Origin: a virus
IMG/VR virus record: IMGVR_UViG_3300031576_000038
Span: 754 to 64,753 of that record
Direction: 5' to 3' (one strand)
Length of the DNA: 64,000 bases
A program made the translations under genes and the position numbers. Positions 19,182-28,834 of this stretch are shown one piece after another; position 1 is the first letter of the stretch, and each line of letters opens with the position of its first letter. The notes below the pieces were generated by a model. The model was not told where the DNA came from and did not search any database. It worked only from the letters and a program-made list of their open reading frames with translations.

Positions 19182-19612
19182 GACTTTTGCCCCGTCTCAA
19201 CGAACTTCGTTACGTCCTTCACAGTGCTCATGTCGAGCGGCTTGTCACTGCGCGGCAGACCTGGGACTTCACCCGACCTGAACCAGGGCGGGTCGTCATC
19301 AGACCGTGCAATACGGGAGGCTCCCTTGGGGAGCTTTCCTTTCGCCTTGCTGACACGTTCCTTTTCTTTCTCGGCCATCTCTTCGAGCTTGGCCTTGCCG
19401 ACACGCTTCGCGTTCTGTTCGGCTTGCTGACCGATGGTCTTTGGATTGCCGTAGACCAGGCAGACAACGTTGTGATTGGTGAACACCTGGCTGAATTTTT
19501 CGCCAGCCTTTTGGCCACACGTCGGGCATTTTTTGGGGTGCGGCGCGTGAATGCTTCGCGACTCTTCGTGAGTCGTGTCGCAGGTATCACAGTGGTATTC
19601 ATAAGTCGGCAT
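19178..19612 (-). CDS. FmdB-family zinc-ribbon protein
   Basis: MPTYEYHCDTCDTTHE...CPTCG matches the FmdB signature. Confidence 0.5.
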   Translation of the reverse strand: MPTYEYHCDTCDTTHEESRSIHAPHPKKCPTCGQKAGEKFSQVFTNHNVVCLVYGNPKTIGQQAEQNAKRVGKAKLEEMAEKEKERVSKAKGKLPKGASRIARSDDDPPWFRSGEVPGLPRSDKPLDMSTVKDVTKFVETGQKS

Positions 19613-19622
19613 GTTGTCTTAC

Positions 19623-19937
19623 CTATTCCGAATACACCAACGGCAGCAAATTGTTTGTCCAATCAATCGTACCCTTATCAGATTCCACATGAGCCCCACG
19701 TCCACCTGGAGTGAACAGAAGGAGGGCCTTGGACGACATGATGGCGTTGATTTGGATTCGCGATAAATTATCGGGAATCTCGATAAAGCCAGCGACCGCC
19801 TTCTCAGCCAGGCTCGCCCAATCGTGAGAGATAACCAGGCCGCGACTGATGAGCTTGTTCTGAATTTCCTTGACCTTTGGCCAGTTCTCCAAGCGACTAG
19901 CCACATACACCTTCGGTAATGATTGTGAAGCGTTCAT
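19623..19937 (-). CDS. nucleoside 2-deoxyribosyltransferase-like (DNPH1/Rcl-like) protein
   Basis: KVYVASRL...HDW...LLLFTPGGRGAHVE fits the N-deoxyribosyltransferase-family fold pattern. This is tentative. Confidence 0.35.
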   Translation of the reverse strand: MNASQSLPKVYVASRLENWPKVKEIQNKLISRGLVISHDWASLAEKAVAGFIEIPDNLSRIQINAIMSSKALLLFTPGGRGAHVESDKGTIDWTNNLLPLVYSE

Positions 19938-20334
19938 CCAACAAGTCCTCCAAATAGGGTTTCACAAAGTCCCAGGTCAAGCCGCCGTTGCCACAGCCCG
20001 GTCGCGGCAGCACGATTGAATGAAGCTTGTACTTGTCGGCAATGGCGACAATTTTTTCGGCACTGCTGCGGATGAGCATCACGTTGGAGTTGTGCTTGTA
20101 GTGTTGCTTGGTCGGGAAGGTGATGATGCCTTCATCGCGACACAGGAAGGGACGGTTGCCATACTTCTCGACCCACTGCCCGAGCTTCTTCGGTAGGTCC
20201 GGGTATTGCTTCTTGGCTTCGAGAGCGACACCGGCCCCCATGACAAGCTCGCCATTGTCCTTGACGATGCCGTTGGTGGTCACGCATCGCCAACTTGCAG
20301 GGACTGTCCAGAGATTGCCTGTGGCTTCCTTCAT
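19897..20334 (-). CDS. macro domain protein (ADP-ribose binding/processing)
   Basis: TTNGIVKDNGELVMGAGVALEAKKQYP and PRPGCGNGGL resemble macrodomain Gly-rich loops. Confidence 0.5.
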   Translation of the reverse strand: MKEATGNLWTVPASWRCVTTNGIVKDNGELVMGAGVALEAKKQYPDLPKKLGQWVEKYGNRPFLCRDEGIITFPTKQHYKHNSNVMLIRSSAEKIVAIADKYKLHSIVLPRPGCGNGGLTWDFVKPYLEDLLDERFTIITEGVCG

Positions 20335-20344
20335 CGCTTCTCCT

Positions 20345-20400
20345 CGGCCTTCTCTAAAAGACTGGCACCGGACTGAGTCTGGTCCGTAGACATTGCCGCA
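20345..20400 (-). terminator. rho-independent terminator after the RNR gene
   Basis: Minus-strand near-perfect 12-bp stem GGCACTCGGACTG...CAGTCCGGTGCC followed by AGTCTTTTAG. Confidence 0.4.
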
Positions 20401-20433
20401 CAGTCCGAGTGCCGGTGACCCTCCTTGCGGAGA

Positions 20434-22692
20434 TTACAGTTCGCAGGCCCCGCCTGCACAAGCGAGTTCTGCTCCGAGCTTGGTGCCGTTAGTTTCCTCG
20501 TGCATTTGCGAGTAGTCCACAGGCTTGTAGGACTTTTTGAGGTTCTTCCAGAGCCCATTGTTGTAGATGTCCTTCATGCAGTAGGTCGCCTTGGTGACAT
20601 CGCCATCGAACATCTGGTCGGCAAAGTTTTTCGATTGCTTCAGCCAGGCCGCTTGCTCGTCATTGGGCTGCTGGATGGTTCGTTGTCCGAGAAGGATTTC
20701 GCAAGCCGTCCATAGGTGACCAAAATACTCCTCGCCACACAAGCCGAGAGTGAAGCCGGACAACCAAGCTTCGTGCCCATACATCTCTTCGATTTCATGG
20801 TCTTCATAGACCGTAGTGAACGGGGCCTGGGCGAAATCGCGGTCTCCATACGTGGATATTAGGCTGACACCGGCGAAGAAATCCTGATTGTCGAAGATGA
20901 ACCGCGCGACCGTCTCCCATTCATCGGGTCGGACCCGGACAGTGTTCGAGACGTTGTGAGAGAGCCACTCCTTGGTGCATAGCTCGCGGACCTTCCCCTC
21001 GCACACCCAATTGATGTAGGTGGACTTGACAGCCTTCAGCATGTCCACCGCTGACAGGTCGTCTTCGAGGATGCCTTCGTATTCCACGCAGAAACGAATC
21101 ACGTCCGTGTTCTTGCCGCCGTGCTCGTGTAGCACCGGCTCGCAAGCTTGGGGATTGATGCTCTTGAAATGCTGGTATGGGGCCTCATTCACGCCTGCCC
21201 GGGCAATGCGAAAGCCTCGCCGGAACTTGCCAGGCCCGATGCCGCTGTAGGAACCGAGCAGGGAAGCGCTGTTGCCATCCGGCTTGATACAGGTGCCACG
21301 TGCCGCTACGTTGACGCCAATCTTCGCCGAGTAAACCCGGTCAACGTCTTTGACCAGGCGAACGCCTTCGCGCTGGATGTCCGGGTCGAGCAGGATTTCG
21401 GGATGGTGCATGATGCCGGCAATGCTCACGCCAAGCAGGGCCTCGCGTTCGGCAATGAGTTCGCTCACACGGCCCAGGTATGGGAACTTGGTGAAGGTCT
21501 TCTGCAACACGCCGATGAACGCGGCCTTCTGACACCGCTCGTAGAAGTCCAGGGTGTTACGAATCGTCTTGCCGTTGATGGTGCTGAGGTTGCAGAACTG
21601 CCAACCGGACAATTCGCAGACTTTGTGTCGTGGCCCCTGGTAGTCGCGGAGAATGGCTTCCCATTCCGGATGGTCAGGCGTCAGAGCCAGCTTTGCCCAG
21701 AAGCCGATTTCGACGCATGGATTGGGCAGCATGTCGGGATGACTGGTCCAATAAAACCCAGGCTCGCCGAACTCGCGCGTGGACTGAACGAGCTTCCAAA
21801 AGCTCTCGAAGGAAACATGGCCCCTGAGCAGAGAAGAGGAGATGTTCGCTCGCTGACGCTGCGGGTTTGTCTCCAGCCAGTTCCCCGTTTTCGACGTGGC
21901 CATCAACTGGTCCCACAGGTCAAAGACACAGATGGTTGCTGCTCGTCGGACGCCGCCGGACACGACCGCGTCGGCCATGTGCATTGCGTAATCGAAAGCG
22001 TAGATGGAGTTGAATTTCTCCAACCCCTCGCTGATAGCGCGCAGCAGCAGTTTGCGGTTGCGGCTTAGCGATAGCGACAGCGGCTTTGGTCCGGGAGCCA
22101 CACCAATCCCGAAGGAGAGATTGGCACCCTCTGGCCTAATCTTGTCGAAGACGAAGTCCACGTTGCAGTCGTGATATTCCTCGAAGCCGCGAATGGGCTC
22201 TTCATGGAAGCTGCTGAGGAGGACCGCGTGAGCATCAGCCCACCCCTCGATGGTGTCGGGGATGACATATTGCTTCCAGGGCAACCCGACGCCGGCCAAC
22301 CTCTTCCTGCTGAATCGCGGAAGGTGTTGGATGTGATGTTCCTGGACACTGAAGCCGACTCCGCAGCCGCACAGCAAGAGGTAGAAGGCTTCAGGGAAGA
22401 AGCGTAGCCTGTCGCAGTAGCTGCCCGAGCAGTTGTAGATGCGGGCGTTGTGTTGATTGATTGGGTGACCAGAGAACTGTAGGGCTCGTTGAGAGCCCAG
22501 CACTTCGAGCTTGTCAACACCATCGAATGCCCAATCAATTTCCGTCTTCAGTCCCGGGAATCGCTCCAGCATCATGCCGCGAAAGCGGCCCGTTGTTTCC
22601 AGCCAGGTTTCTCGTCGTTGTTTATCTTCGAGCCAGCGCGCATACTTCGACACAGCTGTGAATTTTTGAAGCTCAAGCAGACCAGATGACAT
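20434..22692 (-). CDS. nrdJ: ribonucleotide reductase, class II (adenosylcobalamin-dependent, monomeric RTPR-like)
   Basis: 752 aa. NPCVEIG radical-Cys loop. C-terminal CAGGACEL redox tail. Confidence 0.75.
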   Translation of the reverse strand: MSSGLLELQKFTAVSKYARWLEDKQRRETWLETTGRFRGMMLERFPGLKTEIDWAFDGVDKLEVLGSQRALQFSGHPINQHNARIYNCSGSYCDRLRFFPEAFYLLLCGCGVGFSVQEHHIQHLPRFSRKRLAGVGLPWKQYVIPDTIEGWADAHAVLLSSFHEEPIRGFEEYHDCNVDFVFDKIRPEGANLSFGIGVAPGPKPLSLSLSRNRKLLLRAISEGLEKFNSIYAFDYAMHMADAVVSGGVRRAATICVFDLWDQLMATSKTGNWLETNPQRQRANISSSLLRGHVSFESFWKLVQSTREFGEPGFYWTSHPDMLPNPCVEIGFWAKLALTPDHPEWEAILRDYQGPRHKVCELSGWQFCNLSTINGKTIRNTLDFYERCQKAAFIGVLQKTFTKFPYLGRVSELIAEREALLGVSIAGIMHHPEILLDPDIQREGVRLVKDVDRVYSAKIGVNVAARGTCIKPDGNSASLLGSYSGIGPGKFRRGFRIARAGVNEAPYQHFKSINPQACEPVLHEHGGKNTDVIRFCVEYEGILEDDLSAVDMLKAVKSTYINWVCEGKVRELCTKEWLSHNVSNTVRVRPDEWETVARFIFDNQDFFAGVSLISTYGDRDFAQAPFTTVYEDHEIEEMYGHEAWLSGFTLGLCGEEYFGHLWTACEILLGQRTIQQPNDEQAAWLKQSKNFADQMFDGDVTKATYCMKDIYNNGLWKNLKKSYKPVDYSQMHEETNGTKLGAELACAGGACEL

Positions 22693-22705
22693 ACCGATTC
22701 TCCCC

Positions 22706-23227
22706 TTAGTGGTGACGACTTGATGAACTAACCAGGGAAGAGCTTGATTGAATCTTTTCCCGACCTCCTACGCCGTAACAAATCCGGCATCCTATTGCTT
22801 CACAGATTTGCAACTCGGCTGGCGAGAGACACTCCGGTGAGGAGCGGTCACCGCCCTTCGTGAAGAAGTCGGGTCGAAGAGTGGCAAGGGCGCGGTCAAC
22901 ATATTGCGACCCGTCGTCCCAGGCGACCACGTGGATTACGCCCGCAATGCCGTCGATGAGTTCCATCCGTTCGGCGAGCGGCATGAACACATAACCCTTC
23001 TTCCGTTGCAGGAAGCTGTCGCCGTTGACGATGACAACGAGAAGCTGCCCGAAGCGGCGACTCTCTTGAATACACCGCAGATGACCGACGTGAAGTGGGT
23101 CAAAACCGCCTGACGTGCAAACGATTTTGCGGCCGTGCTCGGGCCCAAATCGAGTCTCCAGGGTGTACCCAAGTGAGCGCTCGGCGTCAAGAACCTGAGC
23201 GAGATGGTCGATGTTCTGCCATATCAT
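22706..23227 (-). CDS. cytidylyl/adenylyltransferase (HxGH nucleotidyltransferase, RfaE-II/NMNAT-like)
   Basis: CTSGGFDPLHVGHL is the HxGH motif. VVIVNGDSFL and KGGD follow. Confidence 0.55.
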   Translation of the reverse strand: MIWQNIDHLAQVLDAERSLGYTLETRFGPEHGRKIVCTSGGFDPLHVGHLRCIQESRRFGQLLVVIVNGDSFLQRKKGYVFMPLAERMELIDGIAGVIHVVAWDDGSQYVDRALATLRPDFFTKGGDRSSPECLSPAELQICEAIGCRICYGVGGREKIQSSSSLVSSSSRHH

Positions 23228-23826
23228 AGTTTCACCAGTTGAAGGGGAATCCCAGCCTCCTGAAGCTGCATCTCGGACAGCTTGAACTCTTCGCCCCAGC
23301 GTCCTAGCAAATGCTTGGGGCATACGGGCGCTACGATGCGGCAGATGCCTTCCTGAATGGCTCGGCCGGCACACGCCGAGCAAGGCTGGAACGGCCAGGT
23401 GTAGAGCGTGCAGCCTTCGTTGAACTTGGCGAACGTCATGGCGTTGTCTTCGCCGTGGCGGATGAGCTTGATTTTGAGGTCTCGGTTCTCATAGCGAGCC
23501 GGCTCATCGTTGATACCGCAGGCGAATCCGTTGAATCCGAGCCCGACAACGCGGCGAATCTTGCCATAGCGGTCCGGGCCAACGACGACCGCTCCAACCT
23601 TCGTCGATGGGTCATTGGACCATTGCGAGACAAACTTGGCCAATTCGAGAAATCGCCGGTCCCACTTCTCAATCTTGGGCTGCTTGGCAGCTTCGATGAG
23701 TATGTGGTTCTTGGTCAACTTGCCGCCGCAGCGGACACAGAAGTTGGTCGCATCAGCCTCTTCGACCGAGTCAATCATGTATTCCTTGCAGCATTCGACG
23801 CAGATGATGAAGTAGCGTTGCTTCAC
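23224..23826 (-). CDS. dCMP deaminase with N-terminal zinc ribbon
   Basis: HGEDNAM and PCSACA are the zinc-binding deaminase motifs. Confidence 0.7.
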   Translation of the reverse strand: MKQRYFIICVECCKEYMIDSVEEADATNFCVRCGGKLTKNHILIEAAKQPKIEKWDRRFLELAKFVSQWSNDPSTKVGAVVVGPDRYGKIRRVVGLGFNGFACGINDEPARYENRDLKIKLIRHGEDNAMTFAKFNEGCTLYTWPFQPCSACAGRAIQEGICRIVAPVCPKHLLGRWGEEFKLSEMQLQEAGIPLQLVKL

Positions 23827-24299
23827 TTGAACTTCCTTTCGAGGAGCAGGTCAAGGAACTCCTTGATTTCAATCGCTATGCGGGACCGCTTGCTGAAGCC
23901 AAATCGCTTTGGGGCTTTGCCACGAGCCCATTCGCACAGGTCTGTTCCCTGCTCAGAACTTCTCGCGTGCCAGTCGCACACCATCTCGGCAAGATAGAGT
24001 GGAGGCATCGACTTGATTCCACCAGGCCAATACTCTGGATGGTGGGGATTGGTTACCACGTGTTGTTTGAGAGCCGCCGCGAACAACTCCTTTTTCGAGT
24101 CGTCGTCATACGGCCAGGCTCCGTCGTTGAGATACTCCCACTCCAGCCCATAGAATTTCGAGTTGTCGTGGATGTGTCCGTTGGCGATTAGTTGAAGGCC
24201 AATTGCCGCATCGCCTCTTGCTATCAGTCTTTCGCCGAGCAATTCGCAATTTTCTCTGACGTGCGAAACGTGTCGTAAGAGGTTCTCTAACCTCTCCAT
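23823..24299 (-). CDS. putative HD-like metal-dependent phosphohydrolase
   Basis: Start at MERLEN. His/Asp clusters GHIHDNSK, NPHHPEYW and CDWHA. Weak call. Confidence 0.3.
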   Translation of the reverse strand: MERLENLLRHVSHVRENCELLGERLIARGDAAIGLQLIANGHIHDNSKFYGLEWEYLNDGAWPYDDDSKKELFAAALKQHVVTNPHHPEYWPGGIKSMPPLYLAEMVCDWHARSSEQGTDLCEWARGKAPKRFGFSKRSRIAIEIKEFLDLLLERKFK

Positions 24300-24368
24300 A
24301 TGTGTCACTCCAAGAGATATAAAGAAGCGCAGAGGCACAAGCCCCTGCGCTTTTGCAGACAGATTTGG

Positions 24369-25283
24369 TTATCGGTTGTCGCCGCTCGAACGAGAGGAGC
24401 CCGGGGGCTGAGGAAGCGGAATGATGAACGGACGAGGAGGCGCATTCGGCGTGCCACATTCCGGGATGGCACACGCCGGCTCAGGAGATTCCAGCGGGTC
24501 GCACGTAATCGGCTCCCTGTCCGTCTCAGGAATGGGGACAGAATCGTCCACAGCCCATTCGCACTTGTAGGTCTTCGCGAACTCGCGGATGCGTCGGGTC
24601 GGCGTCATCATGGTACAGCCGAACGTGAGAGGATTCCCAGCCATCCATTCAGTAAACAGGCCGAGACACTCGCCGTTGTCCTTGCGGAAGATGCCGCCGC
24701 CGGAATTGCCGTGGGCAACCGCGCATGTAAATTGGTCGTAGATGAATGGAGAATCCGTGTCTGTGGAAACGCCATCGCGCCTGAGACGGCCTACGGCCGA
24801 GACAACGCCATCGGAGAGGGACATTGTTCCAGCGTTGCCGCGAGCACAGCCCACGTTCCACACCCCGGTGCCCTGCTTAGGAATGGCGGCGGCGAACTTG
24901 GCGCTCTTGCCGAAGTTGGCCTTGTAGACGCGCAGCAATGCGATGTCGTGGCTCTCGCTGTATCGAACCACTTTTGCCAGCACGCTGATGCGGCCGACTT
25001 TGCGGCCATCTTCGACCAGGTCCTGATGACACCAGTGGTCCTTGTAGGTCACGACGGTGATTGGTCGCCCTGTTTTCGGGCAAGCCTTCTTGGTTACCGA
25101 TTGCGAGTCGTCGATGACATGCGCATCGGTCCACACAAACGAGACAGTCTTGTTGCGGTAGATGACGCCTGAGCCAACGTCGTTGACCTGAACGGACGCG
25201 GCGATGATGTCTTCGGGAACGTCGGCACGAGCCGGCATTGCGAAGATAAAGACGGCCGCAAAGCACGCGATGAGTTGTTTCAT
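24369..25283 (-). CDS. secreted trypsin-like serine protease (S1 family)
   Basis: Signal peptide MKQLIACFAAVFIFAMPARA. Catalytic triad context TDAHV, HDIALL and GNSGGG. Confidence 0.65.
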   Translation of the reverse strand: MKQLIACFAAVFIFAMPARADVPEDIIAASVQVNDVGSGVIYRNKTVSFVWTDAHVIDDSQSVTKKACPKTGRPITVVTYKDHWCHQDLVEDGRKVGRISVLAKVVRYSESHDIALLRVYKANFGKSAKFAAAIPKQGTGVWNVGCARGNAGTMSLSDGVVSAVGRLRRDGVSTDTDSPFIYDQFTCAVAHGNSGGGIFRKDNGECLGLFTEWMAGNPLTFGCTMMTPTRRIREFAKTYKCEWAVDDSVPIPETDREPITCDPLESPEPACAIPECGTPNAPPRPFIIPLPQPPGSSRSSGDNR

Positions 25284-25678
25284 CCTTGAACTTCTCCTTG
25301 GCGAACTAGAATTTGTGAAACCTGGCCTTGAAGGTCGGTTATCTCTTGCTCGTGATAGAGCGCCGCCACGTCCGCCACTGTCAGCGTCGTTCCAACCGCG
25401 CGCAAGGCAAGCTCAGCTTCGTTTTGCGACACGCCTTCCGGAAGATGTTCGGCGATGAGCTTGCGCAGCCGCCGAGTCCGCAGAAAGCCTGGGCGATTCA
25501 ACACGGTCCTACCCGCTGCTGGGTCCTTCGAGCACTCCCTAACAAACTTGATAGCCTGAAAGACCACGCTAACCAAAGCAAGAATCAGCATCGGGTCAAA
25601 CGTCGTGGCAACGGGGTGCTTATAGCGTTCGACCATAAGCTTTGCAACCTCGAATGTTTTGTCACTTGTTGTGGACAT
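25280..25678 (-). CDS. hypothetical protein
   Basis: 132 aa ORF. Confidence 0.4.
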   Translation of the reverse strand: MSTTSDKTFEVAKLMVERYKHPVATTFDPMLILALVSVVFQAIKFVRECSKDPAAGRTVLNRPGFLRTRRLRKLIAEHLPEGVSQNEAELALRAVGTTLTVADVAALYHEQEITDLQGQVSQILVRQGEVQG

Positions 25679-25759
25679 GGACTGTCTCCTAAAAACTGAA
25701 AGCCACAGATAACTGTGGCTTTCGTGGGCGATGGTCGCAACTACGACCTGTAGTTAGTT

Positions 25760-26143
25760 TCAGCGGCCCGAAGAACAACCGCCGGGGCCGCAGGACGGGC
25801 CGGCGTTTCGGAACAGGCTGAAGCCGATGCTGGAACTGCGCTGTTGCGGATACGCGTAGTAGGTGTAAGTCGGAGCCGGCGCGTGGTAGTATTGGACCAC
25901 AGGCTGCGGTTGTTGCACGTACTGGTACTGCTGCGGTTGGTTGACCGGAACGAGGTAGCGCTGGCCATTGGAACATTGATACTGGTACTGAACAGGCTGC
26001 GCCTGTTGCCAGACCACCGGCGGCGACTGCTGAATCAGGTTGAACTGAATGCGTCGAGCTTGCGCTTGTGCCTGCGGCGGGTCGCACGCGAGCACGAAGA
26101 GCGGTGCCATGAGTAGAGCAGCGATTGCAATGAGATTCTTCAT
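25760..26143 (-). CDS. putative lipoprotein, Gln/Tyr-rich
   Basis: Signal with lipobox FVLAC. QQ/YQ repeats. Confidence 0.45.
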   Translation of the reverse strand: MKNLIAIAALLMAPLFVLACDPPQAQAQARRIQFNLIQQSPPVVWQQAQPVQYQYQCSNGQRYLVPVNQPQQYQYVQQPQPVVQYYHAPAPTYTYYAYPQQRSSSIGFSLFRNAGPSCGPGGCSSGR

Positions 26144-26355
26144 CGGTTCTCCTTGAACGTGATGGTTGCCGAACCAGGTCCAGTATGGACTCGCACTTCG
26201 ACAGCCCTCGGTTGAGCAGGAAGGGGTTGTGGCCGTGGCCTGTTCTCGTCCTGCAACGTGTGATTGGTTGTTATGAGACCGAGGCTGTACGCTGTGAAGG
26301 CAAGCCCGATTGCGGCGATGATGGCCAAAACCAACGCGCCTCGGTTCGTATTCAT
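26140..26355 (-). CDS. small membrane-anchored protein
   Basis: Start at MNTNRGALVLAIIAAIGLAF, a transmembrane helix. Confidence 0.3.
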   Translation of the reverse strand: MNTNRGALVLAIIAAIGLAFTAYSLGLITTNHTLQDENRPRPQPLPAQPRAVEVRVHTGPGSATITFKENR

Positions 26356-26356
26356 A

Positions 26357-27391
26357 TTACACCAGCATGAAGAGGGCCTTATCAAGCCCTTGTTCCGGGA
26401 ACCCGTCGAAGGCAGAGTACGCGAACGTCTCTTGTGCCTGGATGTGCTTCTCGGCGTCACGTCGGCGGACGCGGAGAACACCAACGGGTAGGTCCTCGCC
26501 GCTCTCGAAATCTTTCAGGTGACCATGAACGTCACCCCAGGAGTTCACAATCAGGGCGTAGGGGTCCTTGTCGTTGTCGTCGGCCCCAATGAAGCACATT
26601 TGGTGCCCCCATTGGGTGTTCTGGACATGGAAGCCATCGCGACCAGGCTCCATGCCGTAGCCGATGTTGCTCGCTGTCGGGCACGGATAGCCGTTGCACA
26701 AAGCGGCAACCAGGTCGTCCCACGACCGGATGAGGGCCGCGCCCTTCACCAGGTACTGCTTGGCAACGTCCTTGAAGTTGTCCAGGTCGTTGCGGGGATT
26801 CGGGTCGCCCCACGCCTTGGCGATGCGTCCGGAGTAGGCCGGCACGTTCGAGTCATCAGAGAACAACGCGCCGTACTTCTGAACAGCTGCCGCCATCCAA
26901 CTGCCCAGCGAACCATCCTCATTGCCAAGCCGACCACCACCAACGTAGACGCGGCCGGTGCCGTAAAACCACGGTGGGAAGATGGACCGGAACTTGATGC
27001 GAGCGTTGGCCAGGTAGCTCTGGTAGTCCCCGCCGCTCTCATAAAGAGATTGGGCCACGGATGCAATCTGAGTACAGGTCAAATACTCAGTGCCATTCTT
27101 AGCCCCGAAGGAGACACAGTCGCCGATTTCTTGCGGGTAGTTCTTGGTGTCCTGTCCCAGGATTTTGCGAACAACCTGGTAGAGGAACATCTTGCGGCCG
27201 GCGGTGACCTTGGTTTGTTGGCGGATGTGGAATGGCAGGAACCCGCTCTCAAGAAGGTTGAACTGCGCTTTCACGATACCAGGCTGGCGAATCTCACCCC
27301 AGCCGCAGAGTGTGCCCTTTTCGTAGTCTCGGGCGAGTTGGAATCCGATGCTCACCGTACTGCCTCCAGGCCGGTTGCGATTTCGAGCCAT
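26357..27391 (-). CDS. papain-like (C1 family-like) cysteine peptidase
   Basis: QEIGDCVSFG is candidate Gln/Cys. HQMCFIGADDNDKDPYALIVNSWGDVHG gives a His...NSWG block like C1 peptidases. Confidence 0.4.
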   Translation of the reverse strand: MARNRNRPGGSTVSIGFQLARDYEKGTLCGWGEIRQPGIVKAQFNLLESGFLPFHIRQQTKVTAGRKMFLYQVVRKILGQDTKNYPQEIGDCVSFGAKNGTEYLTCTQIASVAQSLYESGGDYQSYLANARIKFRSIFPPWFYGTGRVYVGGGRLGNEDGSLGSWMAAAVQKYGALFSDDSNVPAYSGRIAKAWGDPNPRNDLDNFKDVAKQYLVKGAALIRSWDDLVAALCNGYPCPTASNIGYGMEPGRDGFHVQNTQWGHQMCFIGADDNDKDPYALIVNSWGDVHGHLKDFESGEDLPVGVLRVRRRDAEKHIQAQETFAYSAFDGFPEQGLDKALFMLV

Positions 27392-28185
27392 GCCGCGCGG
27401 AAGTCGTCAGCGGTGCTCAGTGTCCGGCTTTCATACAGAGCGAACAGGACATCCTGCAAGCCACGGAAAGTGGACTCCCACTCCGTTCGTTGCAGGCCGG
27501 CTCGTTGCAAAGCCGCCTGGTTGCTCTGGGTCGTTTGTTGAAGTATTTGCTGCGGGTCGCGCAGAGTCCCGGCCGCAATAGCCGAGGCGATGCCACGGAA
27601 GGACTGTGCCACAGCCTGTGCTCCCTGCTGACGGTTGCCAGCCGGCACGTTCTTCGTAGTCAGGTTGAAAATTTGCTGCCCCAGCCTGAAGCGACCATCC
27701 GGAATCGGCGACGGGTTTGGACCAGGCGGTGGAGGGTTTGGACCCGGGGGCGGATTAGGTCCAGGCGGCGGGGGCGGTGCTGGCCCGCCTCCAATGGTCA
27801 CAGGCGTGAGCAGGAAGACGGTCCGTGATGCGACCTCAGTCACCTTGTTCTCTGCGTCACGAACAACATACAGATGCGTAACGGCACACATCGCGAGGAA
27901 GGTCGTGTTCTGAATGCCGCTGCCGAAGAAGACGCCGCCGTCATGTTCGAGGACGCGCTTCTCCTGACCCTGAGCGTTGATAACTCGCCAACGATAGGAC
28001 GTGGCAATGAGATGGGGCGGTGCTTTTTCGACCGGAGACACGTTGAGAACGACCATGTCCCCGAGGGGGATGGGGTTCTCTGCTCCGAGGATGCGCTGCG
28101 TTGGCACCACGAAGTCTGTGGCTCCCGCAAATCCAGTGAAGCAAAAAAGCAAAGCGAGACAGGCGATGGCGAGACGGGTCCTCAT
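27352..28185 (-). CDS. secreted protein with proline-rich linker
   Basis: Start at MRTRLAIACLALLFCFTGFAGA, a signal peptide. Carries a PAPPPPPGPNPPPGPNPPPPGPNPSP tract. Confidence 0.45.
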   Translation of the reverse strand: MRTRLAIACLALLFCFTGFAGATDFVVPTQRILGAENPIPLGDMVVLNVSPVEKAPPHLIATSYRWRVINAQGQEKRVLEHDGGVFFGSGIQNTTFLAMCAVTHLYVVRDAENKVTEVASRTVFLLTPVTIGGGPAPPPPPGPNPPPGPNPPPPGPNPSPIPDGRFRLGQQIFNLTTKNVPAGNRQQGAQAVAQSFRGIASAIAAGTLRDPQQILQQTTQSNQAALQRAGLQRTEWESTFRGLQDVLFALYESRTLSTADDFRAAWLEIATGLEAVR

Positions 28186-28360
28186 GTTCTTGTCCTTTCG
28201 TGGTTGTCCCAAAACCAAGGCGGCAGTAGGGCTTGCGTCACCGCCGCTTTCGCGGCTTTGACCACGCATCCCAGGGCTTCCGGAACTGCCGCCTGCCCGA
28301 CCACAGCGAAGTGTGGTATCAGGAGTTTTCCTTCTGCGTACTGGGCGCGTGTTTTTTTGG

Positions 28361-28675
28361 TTAGGCCGGGCGCGTCATGTGACGAACGACGGCTGCGTGA
28401 ATTTCTTCTTCGGAAGCGTTCTTCTCAAACAGAGTCAGCACTTCCATCAGCAGGTCCACGAACCAGTCCTTCGTCAGCAACTGCTCCAGGGCCACTGAGA
28501 TTTTCTTCAGCCACTCGTTGTTGCTGAACATCGCTGCGCCCGCGAGCACCTTCGTCAGAATCGACAGCGCCTTCTCGACCGTTGCTCGGTCGATTGCTGC
28601 CGCCACTGGCTGCGGGCTTGGGTTTGGCTGGCTTGGTTCCTGCGGGTCGATGACCACTGTGTTGTCTTGGCTCAC
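28361..28675 (-). CDS. hypothetical helical protein
   Basis: 104 aa. An overlapping upstream frame starts at 28838 (see findings). Confidence 0.4.
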   Translation of the reverse strand: MSQDNTVVIDPQEPSQPNPSPQPVAAAIDRATVEKALSILTKVLAGAAMFSNNEWLKKISVALEQLLTKDWFVDLLMEVLTLFEKNASEEEIHAAVVRHMTRPA

Positions 28676-28834
28676 TTTCGGAGTCTCCTTCTTGTACTGG
28701 TTCTTGCGGTTTGGGTTCCACTGATACTACCGGTGCCGGCTTCGGCTTGGCAAAGCGAGTTCCAAAGGCGTTGCCGTTTTGAATGACGACGCCTTCACCG
28801 GTGGGCTGGTCGGGGATTGCTTTGGCTGTTCTGC

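Noticed and set aside
28186-28360. A T-run or terminator on the plus strand at about 28330-28350 (cgcgtgtttttttgg).
   Set aside because: No convincing upstream stem-loop on either strand. It is probably just an intergenic A/T run.
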